DNA of 63,768 bases, filler included, from Octopus bimaculoides (taxonomy: Eukaryota): NCBI RefSeq assembly GCF_001194135.2. It is 5 parts of 5 records of this genome, joined end to end, with 100 filler letters (N's around TTAATTAATTAA, not from the genome) between each part and the next. Parts side by side here need not be neighbours in the genome. Positions count along the whole stretch, not along the records: positions 1 to 24,655 come from NC_068986.1; positions 24,756 to 51,603 come from NC_068983.1; 3 more parts are not named here. One strand, 5' to 3'. This document shows positions 13,238-25,093 of the stretch, piece after piece. The stretch's first letter is position 1. Every line of letters begins with the position of its first letter. A program made the translations under genes and the position numbers. The notes beneath the pieces are model-generated. The model did not search any database. It was not told the DNA's origin and was given only the letters and a program-made list of their open reading frames with translations.

Positions 13238-14737
13238 NNNNNNNNNNNNNNNNNNNNNNNNNNNNNNNNNNNNNNNNNNNNNNNNNNNNNNNNNNNNNNN
13301 NNNNNNNNNNNNNNNNNNNNNNNNNNNNNNNNNNNNNNNNNNNNNNNNNNNNNNNNNNNNNNNNNNNNNNNNNNNNNNNNNNNNNNNNNNNNNNNNNNNN
13401 NNNNNNNNNNNNNNNNNNNNNNNNNNNNNNNNNNNNNNNNNNNNNNNNNNNNNNNNNNNNNNNNNNNNNNNNNNNNNNNNNNNNNNNNNNNNNNNNNNNN
13501 NNNNNNNNNNNNNNNNNNNNNNNNNNNNNNNNNNNNNNNNNNNNNNNNNNNNNNNNNNNNNNNNNNNNNNNNNNNNNNNNNNNNNNNNNNNNNNNNNNNN
13601 NNNNNNNNNNNNNNNNNNNNNNNNNNNNNNNNNNNNNNNNNNNNNNNNNNNNNNNNNNNNNNNNNNNNNNNNNNNNNNNNNNNNNNNNNNNNNNNNNNNN
13701 NNNNNNNNNNNNNNNNNNNNNNNNNNNNNNNNNNNNNNNNNNNNNNNNNNNNNNNNNNNNNNNNNNNNNNNNNNNNNNNNNNNNNNNNNNNNNNNNNNNN
13801 NNNNNNNNNNNNNNNNNNNNNNNNNNNNNNNNNNNNNNNNNNNNNNNNNNNNNNNNNNNNNNNNNNNNNNNNNNNNNNNNNNNNNNNNNNNNNNNNNNNN
13901 NNNNNNNNNNNNNNNNNNNNNNNNNNNNNNNNNNNNNNNNNNNNNNNNNNNNNNNNNNNNNNNNNNNNNNNNNNNNNNNNNNNNNNNNNNNNNNNNNNNN
14001 NNNNNNNNNNNNNNNNNNNNNNNNTTTTTCACTAAATATTAGCTTCCAAAGATTATTACTTCTTCATGTATCACCATTACCAAGTGATTCAATGAGAATT
14101 GGAATGGTATATATGTCATTGTTCAGTTTTATTTCAAGATTTCTTGCCAGTAGAGAAAGAACTGGTTTCTAAGCTAGATTCAACGCTCCTTCGATGGAAT
14201 TTCCACAACAACAGCAGGGTATTTTTGTCTGTATGCATATATATATATGCAGATTTGTATGTTTTGTTTTATGTATGTATAATTGCATATCTAGACATGC
14301 TCAAGTATATTTAAATGTTAACCTTCTGGAAACCTTTATAATTTTTTACAGCTCCAGTGATGTATTGGATCTGTAGTTTTTGAATTGGCTCTCACCTTTC
14401 TCGTTCTGAGATGCCTAATTTCTCAAGATTGGTAACCAGGCAGTGCGTTACATATACCACGGCCCATGCATCTATATATGTATGTATGTACGTATGTATG
14501 TATGTATGNNNNNNNNNNTATATATATATATATATATATGTATATGAGACGTCTTGGCATCCAGAGGAACCGAAAGTCAGATAAAGCTTGTAAGTCTTAC
14601 GGAAGGACTGCTGTTAGTCTCCCCATAATTCATGAGGAGTCGACGCTAGTTGTGTGTGGGCGTGTATATGTTGCACAAAATGAAACGACAGAGCCAAGAC
14701 AGTGTGAAATTTGTAGGACATTTATAAGGAGATATGT

Positions 14738-14787
14738 AGTCTTTCAGCTGTTTCAGGGACATAGGGGATATTATATCATCAGAGACT
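14738..14787 (-). ncRNA. degenerate type-I hammerhead ribozyme motif (probably inactive)
   Basis: Minus strand AGTCT-CTGATGA-...-GAAAC-AGCT-GAA-AGACT: 5-bp helix I intact, but U16.1 reads A and helix II does not pair. Confidence 0.5.
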
Positions 14788-15444
14788 GAGAGATTTAAGC
14801 AGAATGAAATCGTAGAGTTCAATATAAGAAGTTATTTTAAAAAGGCAGAGATATAGGAAGTATAAAAGAAAATATGAGAATAAAAATTAAAATATATGTT
14901 GAATGTTACTGTTGCAGTTCCATTATCCAACGAATGTGCTGTGTAGAACGGGCAAAGAAGCTTCTTGTCTATGTTATGTAAATTCCGATAAGAATTCATC
15001 TTTTTTTAATTATAAATAGATAGTTTGTAGATATTAATTCCATGTGCTGTTCATTCAAATGGTTCTTGTAGTGTATATGAAATTTTGAGAATATATTGGG
15101 TGGAGGACAAAAGCTGGAGAGAAGAGAATAGATAAGTGTGTTAGTCCGATGAAAAAGGAGGAAATTGCTATTAGACAAAAGGATTGGGAGAGAAAAGAAG
15201 AAAGAAAGAGAAAATGAAATTTTTCGGTACTCCAAACAGGACCGATAACATATGAAAACAACCAATGACATTCTACAACACCTACAGACATACAAAAAAC
15301 ACTACAACATTGACCGAAATGCATACAAATGCTTTCCAAATCCATACTTCGTACAATGCACCTTTTACAAAGAAACATTTAGACAAAGTTCCTCATATGA
15401 ATATACATGCGTGCATATGTATATTCATATTTATATACGTAGAC

Positions 15445-15477
<33 letters not shown>

Positions 15478-16021
15478 NNNNNNNNNNNNNNNNNNNNNNN
15501 NNNNNNNNNNNNNNNNNNNNNNNNNNNNNNNNNNNNNNNNNNNNNNNNNNNNNNNNNNNNNNNNNNNNNNNNNNNNNNNNNNNNNNNNNNNNNNNNNNNN
15601 NNNNNNNNNNNNNNNNNNNNNNNNNNNNNNNNNNNNNNNNNNNNNNNNNNNNNNNNNNNNNNNNNNNNNNNNNNNNNNNNNNNNNNNNNNNNNNNNNNNN
15701 NNNNNNNNNNNNNNNNNNNNNNNNNNNNNNNNNNNNNNNNNNNNNNNNNNNNNNNNNNNNNNNNNNNNNNNNNNNNNNNNNNNNNNNNNNNNNNNNNNNN
15801 NNNNNNNNNNNNNNNNNNNNNNNNNNNNNNNNNNNNNNNNNNNNNNNNNNNNNNNNNNNNNNNNNNNNNNNNNNNNNNNNNNNNNNNNNNNNNNNNNNNN
15901 NNNNNNNNNNNNNNNNNNNNNNNNNNNNNNNNNNNNNNNNNNNNNNNNNNNNNNNNNNNNNNNNNNNNNNNNNNNNNNNNNNNNNNNNNNNNNNNNNNNN
16001 NNNNNNNNNNNNNNNNNNNNN

Positions 16022-16081
<60 letters not shown>

Positions 16082-17291
16082 TGTGTCTATGTATATATAT
16101 GTTTATACTGAATTGGTGCTAAATCTTTCCTAGAACCACGCCAAAATTGCTCAGCCCTGACGTTTCTTTCACAATAAAATCATTCTGAATTAAATTTTAC
16201 ATTAGATTCAGTAGCAAGGAGTTATAAAATATCCTCTCAACATTTTCAAATACAATATGATAAAATAAAACTTGAAAGAACAGCTTCAACTAGATTAATA
16301 TATGTCTTATAAGCCACGCTTCAACACTAGTCAAACTTAAATAACAAATATACAGATGTTAATATATACATACTATCATACATAGAAATTTGATGTAAAA
16401 TAACTAACAGAGCATGCATCAACATTTCATGGCATGTCAAAGACCCAACTCTGTTATATTATAGCAAATAGTTTCATTATATAGTGACAGACAATAGTTG
16501 TATTCGGTAGACTTCATCCTTTACAAATAATAGAATTACTATATATAGAATGCACTAAGGCAGCGACCACAACTTGATAAATAAAAATTTTGTAACAAAA
16601 TACAGTAAAATGAAAAACAAATTTTTTAAAAACAAAACAGAATATTTGTATTATAAAGATTCGCTTTCTAAAGATTTGGGTGGTTAACCCACAATAATCT
16701 AAATGAATAAATTGATATGAGAAAAGAAAGAGAGAGAGAGAAAGAGAAAGAAAAATAATTAGATAAATAAACAAATAAATATAATGAATTATGGAGAGAA
16801 ATGAATAGTGAAAGCGAAAGTGATAGGAGGTTTGGTTTGTTAAGGACAATGGTATTTGTTTTAGTACAGGTATTTAGGTGCATAGCAGAGTGGCCTAAAC
16901 TATTGGAATTTCACGCTCGGTTGATACGGAAGGACGGATAAGTCATCGTATGACCATTCAGAATGGCACCATCGTCCTCCCCGACGCACACCTGCTGCAC
17001 AGTTCATAAGAATTTTCTCAGGTACATTCGTATAAATACATTCATATACTGACAAATCCCACACACACGACGTTGTACTCAGAATATTCATACCAAAATA
17101 GTAAATTCTTAAATGTGGAAGTCTATCATTTGTCGAGGTGATCGAATCAGTTTACATCATTAATTGTGTATGTATACGCACAGACATATTCACACGCATG
17201 CATGCACAGACAATATTCATACATATACACACGTGGCTGGAATATACATCAGTTATATGACTTCACATCCCTTCCTTGTCAGTCTTTATAC

Positions 17292-17676
17292 ATGTTAGCA
17301 CTCCGTCGGTTACGACGACGAGGGTTCCAGTTGATCCGATCAACGGAACAGCCTGCTTGCGAAATCAACGTCCAAGTGGCTGAGCACTCTACAGACACGT
17401 GTACCATTAACATAATTCTCACGGGAAATTCAGCGTGACACACAGTGTGACAAGGCTGACGCTTTGAAATACACGTACAACAGAAACAGGAAGATAGAGT
17501 GAGAAAAAGTTGTGGTGAAAGAGTATAGCAAGGTTCCCCTCCCCCCCTGCTGGAGCCTCGTGGAGTTTTAAGTGTTTTCGCTCAATAAACACTCACAATG
17601 CCCGGTCTGGGAATCGAAACCGCGATCCTACGATCGCGAGTCCGCTGCCCTAACCACTAGGCCATTGCGCCTCCAC
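17292..17676 (-). mobile_element. tRNA-derived SINE family B, full length, 8-bp TSD
   Basis: A box (TGGCCTAGTGG) and B box (GGTTTCGATTCC) on the minus strand; CTTTATAC at 17284-17291 and 17677-17684. Confidence 0.92.
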
Positions 17677-17799
17677 CTTTATACTTACTCTTCACCATTG
17701 CGATTCGTAAATATCTAGAGTGAGGGTGTGCTTATACGCTTGTTTTTCTCAAAAGTCAACCACCAAGTGGAGAACTTACAATGAGGTCTTTGTGATTCC

Positions 17800-17995
17800 A
17801 TAACATTCTATTCTTTCTTTCTTTCTCTCTCTCTCTTCCTCTCTCTTTCTCTCTCTCTCTTCCTCTCTCTTTCTCTCTCTCTCTTCCTTTCTCTTTTTCT
17901 CTCTGTATATGTATATGTGTGTGTGTATGTGTGTGTGATGCGTGTGTGTGTCTGTGTGCGTGCCCGTGTGCGTGTTTGTATGTGTCTGTGTATGA
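17800..17995. repeat. (CT)/(CCT) and (TG)n tracts
   Basis: Direct reading. Confidence 0.9.
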
Positions 17996-18260
17996 TGGAA
18001 ACTCCCAACGAAAATGACGTATGGGCGTTCGGCACTTTGCCGAACGACATGCACAAATCGTTCATTTCCAGTGATCAAATGTATGTGCTCTACATTAGGT
18101 CACGCCCTCCATCAAATCAACATTGCCTGAATAGGTGTACGGTATACCACGAGTCATATGAGATGAAGTGTTTTACTCAAGAACACAACGTACCATCCGG
18201 TTTAAGAATTGAAACCTCTATCTCGCAATGGTGAGTGCAACACTCTAACCACTGGGTCAT
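17995..18260 (-). mobile_element. tRNA-derived SINE family D with CORE-like box
   Basis: Minus strand ACCCAGTGGTTAGAGTGTTGCACTC...GGTTTCAATTC...GTTGTGTTCTTGAGTAAAACACTT. The CORE assignment is from memory of the consensus and not verified. Confidence 0.7.
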
Positions 18261-19698
18261 ACTTCAGCGAAGGAAAGAACGACAGGGTCAGAAGGTCGCT
18301 GAAAGTGCTGCTAGCGGTTTCAAGGTCTGCGTTGGCTAAATATCTCCCATGTCTTTAATAATGGAAAACACTACTGTAATATCATTTAGTATGCTTCCCA
18401 TTCTCTTTTAATGTTCAGCTTTTGTGTACGTAGAAATTCCCTTAGATTAATATACAGGCTTTGCCCTCGATACTTACCTACAGAAAATTAACAAATAGAT
18501 ACCTCTCAATGTTTCATACCTTTTAGCCGTAAATTTTAGTTAGTGGACTTGAAGCAAACGTTATATGCCCACTACAATAGACAATTCAATAGAAATGCCA
18601 TCGTATACAAAGTGGAAATCGTATCGAAGGGCCGAGAGTGATAACACGGAAAGAGAGATATTTCAGAGAAATATTGAAGACCAGAGATAATAAACGCATA
18701 TTTCTTTTTGTGATCCAAATTTAACTTACAATCACAAGTTTAAACAAGTCACATATGATTGTTGAATAGAAGTTGTATATCATATAAAGAAAAGTGAAAA
18801 TACTTCAAAAGTTGCGGACCGTTTCTCAACAATAATAGAATGTGTCCTCGTGAAATCTACAAATGATGTTTTCTAACCATGCCCTCACGAAAAGAAACGT
18901 ATTTTGGTCAATTGGTCGAGCCAAACCTAGCAAAAGTATCTGCCGTTTGCCTGTTTGGGGTTTTTCCTCTTTATATTCTTTATATTATAATATATTCATC
19001 TTTATATTCTTCCACTTTTCACTTCGACTTATGGCCTGTAAAATGTTTCTCACTTTTCCATTATCTCTCTCTTTCACACTCACTATCGTCTGCGTACCTT
19101 TATCCACGTCTCTCGGTCTACCATTCTTTACTTTCTCCAAATCAATCTCCTTTTGTCATATAACCTTTCCATAAAAATCTCATCCACTTCGTAAACTGGT
19201 TATTTACCTCCATACTTCTCCCTTTCACACCGTACTTTCATCATCACACTTCTCTACTCAAATAGAAATCAATCCATTGAAGGCAGTACCAACATTAACC
19301 AAATTTACAGAGAACAATTCGGCTTCACACATCACTCTAAGTAGGAGAACGCTGTGAGGAATGAACTTGGCCTTGGTCATTTTCAGTTACGTTTTCGTTT
19401 GTATTTTTTTCGGTAACAAAAGAACCCAATATAAGCGTTTCCGATCAGTTTGGAGTAATGAATATTTATTTATTATTTTCTTGAAGCGAAGTTTAAATAT
19501 TTATGAAAGTATGTGATAACTTTTAAACGTAGTCTTGGTTTAATACATATACATAAAGACACAAGCACACACACACACTCACACACACAGACACACACAC
19601 ACGTACGCACACACAAATGTACGCGCGCACACACACACACACACACACATACACACACACACACACNNNNNNNNNNNNNNNNNNNNNNNNNNNNNNNN

Positions 19699-19731
<33 letters not shown>

Positions 19732-19812
19732 GAGTGGAGGCAATTGGTTGGAAAGTGATTATGTGAGTTGTCCTTTTTGTATTGTCTTCATTGTGTCTTT
19801 CGTGTCGTGGAG

Positions 19813-19899
19813 CATCCTGATGAGGGGAATGTCAGGTTCTTTTAAAATATGAAATCCATGCCATATTAACTGGCACGTCTCCGAAACGACCCGTAGATG
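19813..19899 (+). ncRNA. type-I hammerhead ribozyme, canonical core, long helix II insert
   Basis: Helix I CATC/GATG; CUGAUGA 19817-19823; helix II GGGGA/TCTCC (one GU); GAAA 19883-19886; helix III ACG-acc-CGT; GUA cleavage triplet ending at 19895. Confidence 0.8.
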
Positions 19900-20639
19900 A
19901 AACTTGTGGTTCCATTGAACATTGTCTCTAATTTTAGTATGTCCGTTTAAGGATGTAATATGTCTGACCTTCTACTTTCCACACGCTTAGTGTTCTAACT
20001 TGAAATCTTTAGTCCTTATAACATATCCTATGAACTTATAATTTACTATATCCTATTTCATATCAACGTCTTCTATTTTAAAATGCCTATGTATTTATAA
20101 ATGTTTTTATATATTTTTAAATATCTAAGAGTTTTTAGATATTCTAAGTGCTTGTATTCTGACCTCTAAATTTTTATTCCTCTATAGTATATCGTGTGAA
20201 CTTATAACTCACTATGTTTTATATAATATCGACGTTTTTACATCTTATTATGTGTATATTTTGTACTTATTTTACTTATATATTTTTAAAATGCCTATGT
20301 ATTTATAAATATTTTTAAATATTTTTGAATATTTGCGGGCTTATAAAAATAGGTATATTCTATATGTTTGTATCTTATTAATACTTCTGTTATGTTTACC
20401 TGTATGCCGCTTTAATAATGTCGAAGTACGTGTGCATATATATTGTATATTCTGCAGGATAATAGGTCATGTCCCTCTAGTCTTCCGTCCATATTGCCCC
20501 ACTCAAATTATTAATTGGAACTTAGGTCAACTTGAGCACTTCGAGTCTAGCCTGTCTACGAGTATTGTTAATAATGTGACCGCGTGTGCAAATTTGGCGA
20601 TTTTCTTTCTCCGTCTTCCTTTCTTTGGACTTTTCCTCT

Positions 20640-20674
20640 ATTTCTGACGAAGATCACCGATCGAAACGTTAAAT
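20640..20674 (+). ncRNA. minimal type-I hammerhead ribozyme (Penelope-type)
   Basis: ATTT-CTGACGA-A-GATC-acc-GATC-GAAAC-GTT-AAAT: helix I 4 bp, helix II 4 bp, palindromic AACGTT helix III, GUU site at 20670. Confidence 0.75.
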
Positions 20675-21785
20675 CCTCTTTCTTTTCTTTCCTTTCCTGA
20701 GCGTTCAATAATTCTGTACTTTTTTCCACGTTCTAGCGTTGTTTTTTCGCGTTTTTTTCATGTTTATTTCTTGTTTGTTGTTGTTTAAATTGACTATATA
20801 TGTTTGAATATATTTTTTTCACCAAAAACTTTGCAAAAGAATATAGTATCTGTTAACAATCTTAGCANNNNNNNNNNNNNNNNNNNNNNNNNNNNNNNNN
20901 NNNNNNNNNNNNNNNNNNNNNNNNNNNNNNNNNNNNNNNNNNNNNNNNNNNNNNNNNNNNNNNNNNNNNNNNNNNNNNNNNNNNNNNNNNNNNNNNNNNN
21001 NNNNNNNNNNNNNNNNNNNNNNNNNNNNNNNNNNNNNNNNNNNNNNNNNNNNNNNNNNNNNNNNNNNNNNNNNNNNNNNNNNNNNNNNNNNNNNNNNNNN
21101 NNNNNNNNNNNNNNNNNNNNNNNNNNNNNNNNNNNNNNNNNNNNNNNNNNNNNNNNNNNNNNNNNNNNNNNNNNNNNNNNNNNNNNNNNNNNNNNNNNNN
21201 NNNNNNNNNNNNNNNNNNNNNNNNNNNNNNNNNNNNNNNNNNNNNNNNNNNNNNNNNNNNNNNNNNNNNNNNNNNNNNNNNNNNNNNNNNNNNNNNNNNN
21301 NNNNNNNNNNNNNNNNNNNNNNNNNNNNNNNNNNNNNNNNNNNNNNNNNNNNNNNNNNNNNNNNNNNNNNNNNNNNNNNNNNNNNNNNNNNNNNNNNNNN
21401 NNNNNNNNNNNNNNNNNNNNNNNNNNNNNNNNNNNNNNNNNNNNNNNNNNNNNNNNNNNNNNNNNNNNNNNNNNNNNNNNNNNNNNNNNNNNNNNNNNNN
21501 NNNNNNNNNNNNNNNNNNNNNNNNNNNNNNNNNNNNNNNNNNNNNNNNNNNNNNNNNNNNNNNNNNNNNNNNNNNNNNNNNNNNNNNNNNNNNNNNNNNN
21601 NNNNNNNNNNNNNNNNNNNNNNNNNNNNNNNNNNNNNNNNNNNNNNNNNNNNNNNNNNNNNNNNNNNNNNNNNNNNNNNNNNNNNNNNNNNNNNNNNNNN
21701 NNNNNNNCATATATATGTGTGTATACGTCCGTATATGTAAGTATACTGTTTATATACATGTATTTGTATTTATGTACTGGAGTAT

Positions 21786-21847
21786 ATTCCACTGATGAAG
21801 GCAGAACATTATTATTTATGCAAAGCCAGAAATCCAGGATTTGGAAT
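21786..21847 (+). ncRNA. type-I hammerhead ribozyme
   Basis: Helix I ATTCCA/TGGAAT (6 bp); CUGAUGA 21792-21798; helix II GGC/GCC with an A.A mismatch at its base; GAAA 21829-21832; helix III ATCC-A-GGAT; AUU site at 21841. Confidence 0.72.
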
Positions 21848-23129
21848 TATCTTATTTTTACTGGTTCATTTGGTCTTCGTCTTCGCTAATCGTGCCATGC
21901 GGACATTTATTGTGATTTTAGAGTCAGGATTTCACTGCTATTTTTTCAGCGTGGTGGTATCTCTTGATACCCTGTATTATAATTTTAAATAATTATTACC
22001 TTTGATGGTTTTTATTCCCATGCTGACCACTTGATAAGATCAATATTTTAAATATCGATCTTATCCATATGTTTAAAGCAAATGTTTAAATGACCTTGCC
22101 ACAGTAGGTTGTGGTATAAAACTTTAATTGCTCAAATTGCGCTAAGAAAAGTTGGTCAGAATATTAATGCATTATGTAGAAACGAAAAATGATTTGAACA
22201 GAAGTTTTGGTTCAGACTTGGACAATGCAATGAAAGACTGTGTCATTGCTTATAAATAGTTATATCGTGTAAAACGCGCTAGCAAATGTGCGCCGACTTG
22301 TGATATGTGTTGGTAATAAAAAGAAAACTTACTACAAACATATATTAAAACAATAAACTTTGGGTTAAACATACAAGGATTAGGATTCTGCATTACATTT
22401 ACACTTTATTTCTCTGGCCGTTGTTATGGATGTCCATGACTCCGACAATGTATTTTCTGCAAAAAAAAAAAAAAGATCAAGTTCTATAAAGAATTTTATT
22501 TCAACAAAAAAAAAAACATGATTCCTGAAACTTCTGATGGTAAGAAAAAAAAAATAGTTGTGTGTGGCCTAACATGCAAAATAGTAGGTACCCGGAGATA
22601 ATCGACACGTAAATATTTAAATTTCGCGATTTGAAGATTTAACTTTTGTTATTAATTTTATCTGTGGTTGGATTCGTTAGTAACGCTTCTTCTCCACATA
22701 TAATCGCATAATGAACGTACTTGTATGTATTCTATTCTTTATACATAAGACGTGTGCTAAACAAAATGCAGTCTCTTCTAACATAGAGAAATTGTGTGGT
22801 CTTGGAAAACGCAATTGTGAAACATATCATTATTTAGTTAGGCGACTTGCCGAGACGAATGCAAGTCTTCCTCATCTGTTGTCCCAATCTAGTGATGTGG
22901 TATGAGCGTTTGAACTGGATTTGAACCATATTGGTCTTTCACCATGCTTGCACAACACGTCTCTCGATGATACCAGTAGTTTGCTAAGTGAACTTGTTGA
23001 TTTTGGCCGTTGAAATTTCTCCTCCCAACGTTTACAGATATTCACCATTGATTCAATAAGTTCATTTGTCAGAATACTTTATATTCACAATGCGGCATTC
23101 CATGATTTTAACACACCCTGACTCAGGTG

Positions 23130-23440
23130 GTTACATGCTGTTTAACTCATAGAGAGGACCCCGATAGGTGCTACAAGCCCACAACTCTGTAAAGCTGGTA
23201 ACAATAGCTGTCCAAGTTTGGGATCTACATTCCTCAAACTCCTTGAATTCCCTAACTGGTGCCCTATTACCGGATGCAGTTTAACGTAATACTAACGAAA
23301 TGGAAGGAATAGTGGCAAATATTCCATAGTATTGCATGAACGGTATAGAATATATCAGTCCAACTGGAGTATTCCACATGATGCTCGGATAGCTATCCAA
23401 TGGTGAGGTGCTCTTATCATGTAAGAGAATATAGGAAGAG
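23130..23440 (-). mobile_element. possible decayed CR1/L2-like LINE ORF2 fragment
   Basis: Frameshifted translation IRAPH/LDSYPSIMWNTPVGLI resembles the RPHLEY..VW.P motif downstream of the RT; weak. Confidence 0.25.
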
Positions 23441-23811
23441 TTCTTTTGCGAAAATTAACCCAAATTGTTCTTGTATGTTAAATGAAAAAATAGAAATGTT
23501 TAGAATTTATTCGATGTTTTGAGAATAATCTGATATATAAATTAAGTTTATGACTGCTTCAAAATTTCGTTCTCGGAAATTGAGTTATTTACTCATTTCA
23601 CTTAAACAAAGTAGACAGTCTGAAAATCAATTAAAAATATATTTCAAGAGAAAAAAAGTAATTGTACTTATTAGAAAATTACAGTAAATGATCTTTAAAA
23701 ACATGAGTCGGCATTCAATTTCTATGTATTTGCGTGCTTTTCTATTATGTCTTCTACGGATATATTTTTCTATCGAAGTGTACCTCGGTATGTTTGAAGC
23801 TGGCAATTAAT

Positions 23812-24026
23812 ACGGTGAGCTGGCAGAAACGTTAGTATGCCGGGTGAAATGCTTAAGGGTATTTCGTCAGTCTTTACGTTCTGAGTTCAAATTCCGCCGA
23901 AGTCGATTTTGCCTTTCATCCATTGGGGGTCCGATAAATTAAGAACCAGTTGCTTACTGGGATCGATCTAAGCGACTGGCCCCTCCCCTTAAAATTTCAG
24001 GCCTTGTGCCTAGAGTAGAAAAGAAT
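23812..24026 (+). mobile_element. SINE family A, full length
   Basis: Aligns end to end with 11229-11440. Confidence 0.92.
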
Positions 24027-24057
24027 TAATACGCTTTCGATCAATATATATATATAT

Positions 24058-24289
24058 ATTTCTTTATTACCTACAGGGGGGTAAATATAGAGGGGACAAA
24101 CAAGGACAGACAAAGGGATTAAGTCGATTCCATCGACCGTAGTGCGTAAGTGGTACCTATTTAATCGACCCCGAAAGGATGAAAGGAAAAGTCGACGTCG
24201 GAGGAGTTTGAATTCAGAGCGTAACGGCAGATGAAATACCACTAAGCATTTCGCCCGGCGTGCTAACGTTGCTGCCAGCTCGCCGCCCT
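24058..24289 (-). mobile_element. SINE family A, full length, alternative tail, inverted relative to the preceding copy
   Basis: Reverse complement of head and central block; tail (CTTAATCCCTTTGTCTGTCC...AATAAAGAAAT) shared with 54375-54468. Confidence 0.9.
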
Positions 24290-24399
24290 TCGATCGATAC
24301 TTATTGTGATCTGTTAGTTTTCTATGGTTATACTTTAGCAAGCGTATATCTTTCGAAAATCGATCTGTGGTCGGTAGTGCCAAATCGGTTATGACGACA

Positions 24400-24655
24400 T
24401 GGGCTTTCCCTTGATGGGATCAAAGGAGCAACCTACTCGTGAAATAAGCATTCAAGAGGCTAAGCACGCCGTAGACACGCGTTCCCTTGAGGCGGATTCA
24501 GCGTCACAGGATGTGTGACAAGGCTCGGCCCATCCAATTTCAGCTACAATTCATTTTTACCTGCTGAATAGACTGGAGGAACGTGAAATAGCGTAACTTA
24601 TTCAAGGTCACTACTCGCCGCCAGGAATTGAATTCGCGATATGGTGGTACCGAGC
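24400..24655 (-). mobile_element. diverged SINE: family B 3' half joined to a D-like/CORE-like head
   Basis: 24415-24530 resembles the B tail (GATCAA.GGA.CA.CCT.CTCGTGAAAT...GTGACAAGG); 24560-24655 resembles a D-type head; truncated by a gap. Confidence 0.6.
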
Positions 24656-24699
24656 NNNNNNNNNNNNNNNNNNNNNNNNNNNNNNNNNNNNNNNNNNNN

Positions 24700-24711
24700 T
24701 TAATTAATTAA
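24700..24711. other. artificial TTAATTAATTAA scaffold spacer inside a 100-bp gap (also at 51648-51659, 54231-54242, 59821-59832)
   Basis: Four identical 44N-TTAATTAATTAA-44N blocks; stop codons in all six frames; assembly artefact. Confidence 0.95.
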
Positions 24712-24755
24712 NNNNNNNNNNNNNNNNNNNNNNNNNNNNNNNNNNNNNNNNNNNN

Positions 24756-25063
24756 ATTGTCCCAAAAATATATATAAATAAACAGAATTCTCACCTCACC
24801 AAAGACGAACACCCTACGTATCCGACAGAGTAAAGGGAATGAAGTTTATCTGTATATATCTTCATCAAAGAAGCGGGAATACTTCCGGGTTGCTTCTGGG
24901 TACCCATGTGGAGACAGGAATAAAAATTCAACATTGAATATATTTGATAAATAAATTCAAAAAGGGATAAAACTCTTTTACAAGAATTTTATCAAGAAGC
25001 CAGTGTGTAAAAAAAATTGGTGAGGTGAGAATTCTGTTTATTTATATATATTTTTGGGACAAT
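24756..25063. repeat. perfect 47-bp inverted repeat (24756-24802 / 25017-25063)
   Basis: ATTGTCCCAAAAATATATATAAATAAACAGAATTCTCACCTCACCAA and its exact reverse complement. Confidence 0.9.
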
Positions 25064-25066
25064 GCT

Positions 25067-25093
25067 GTGCTGATGAACGAAATCTAGATTCAT
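25067..25093 (+). ncRNA. ultra-minimal hammerhead-like motif
   Basis: GTG-CTGATGA-AC-GAAA-TCTAGAT-T-CAT: palindromic ATCTAGAT helix III, 3-bp helix I, essentially no helix II. Confidence 0.4.
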
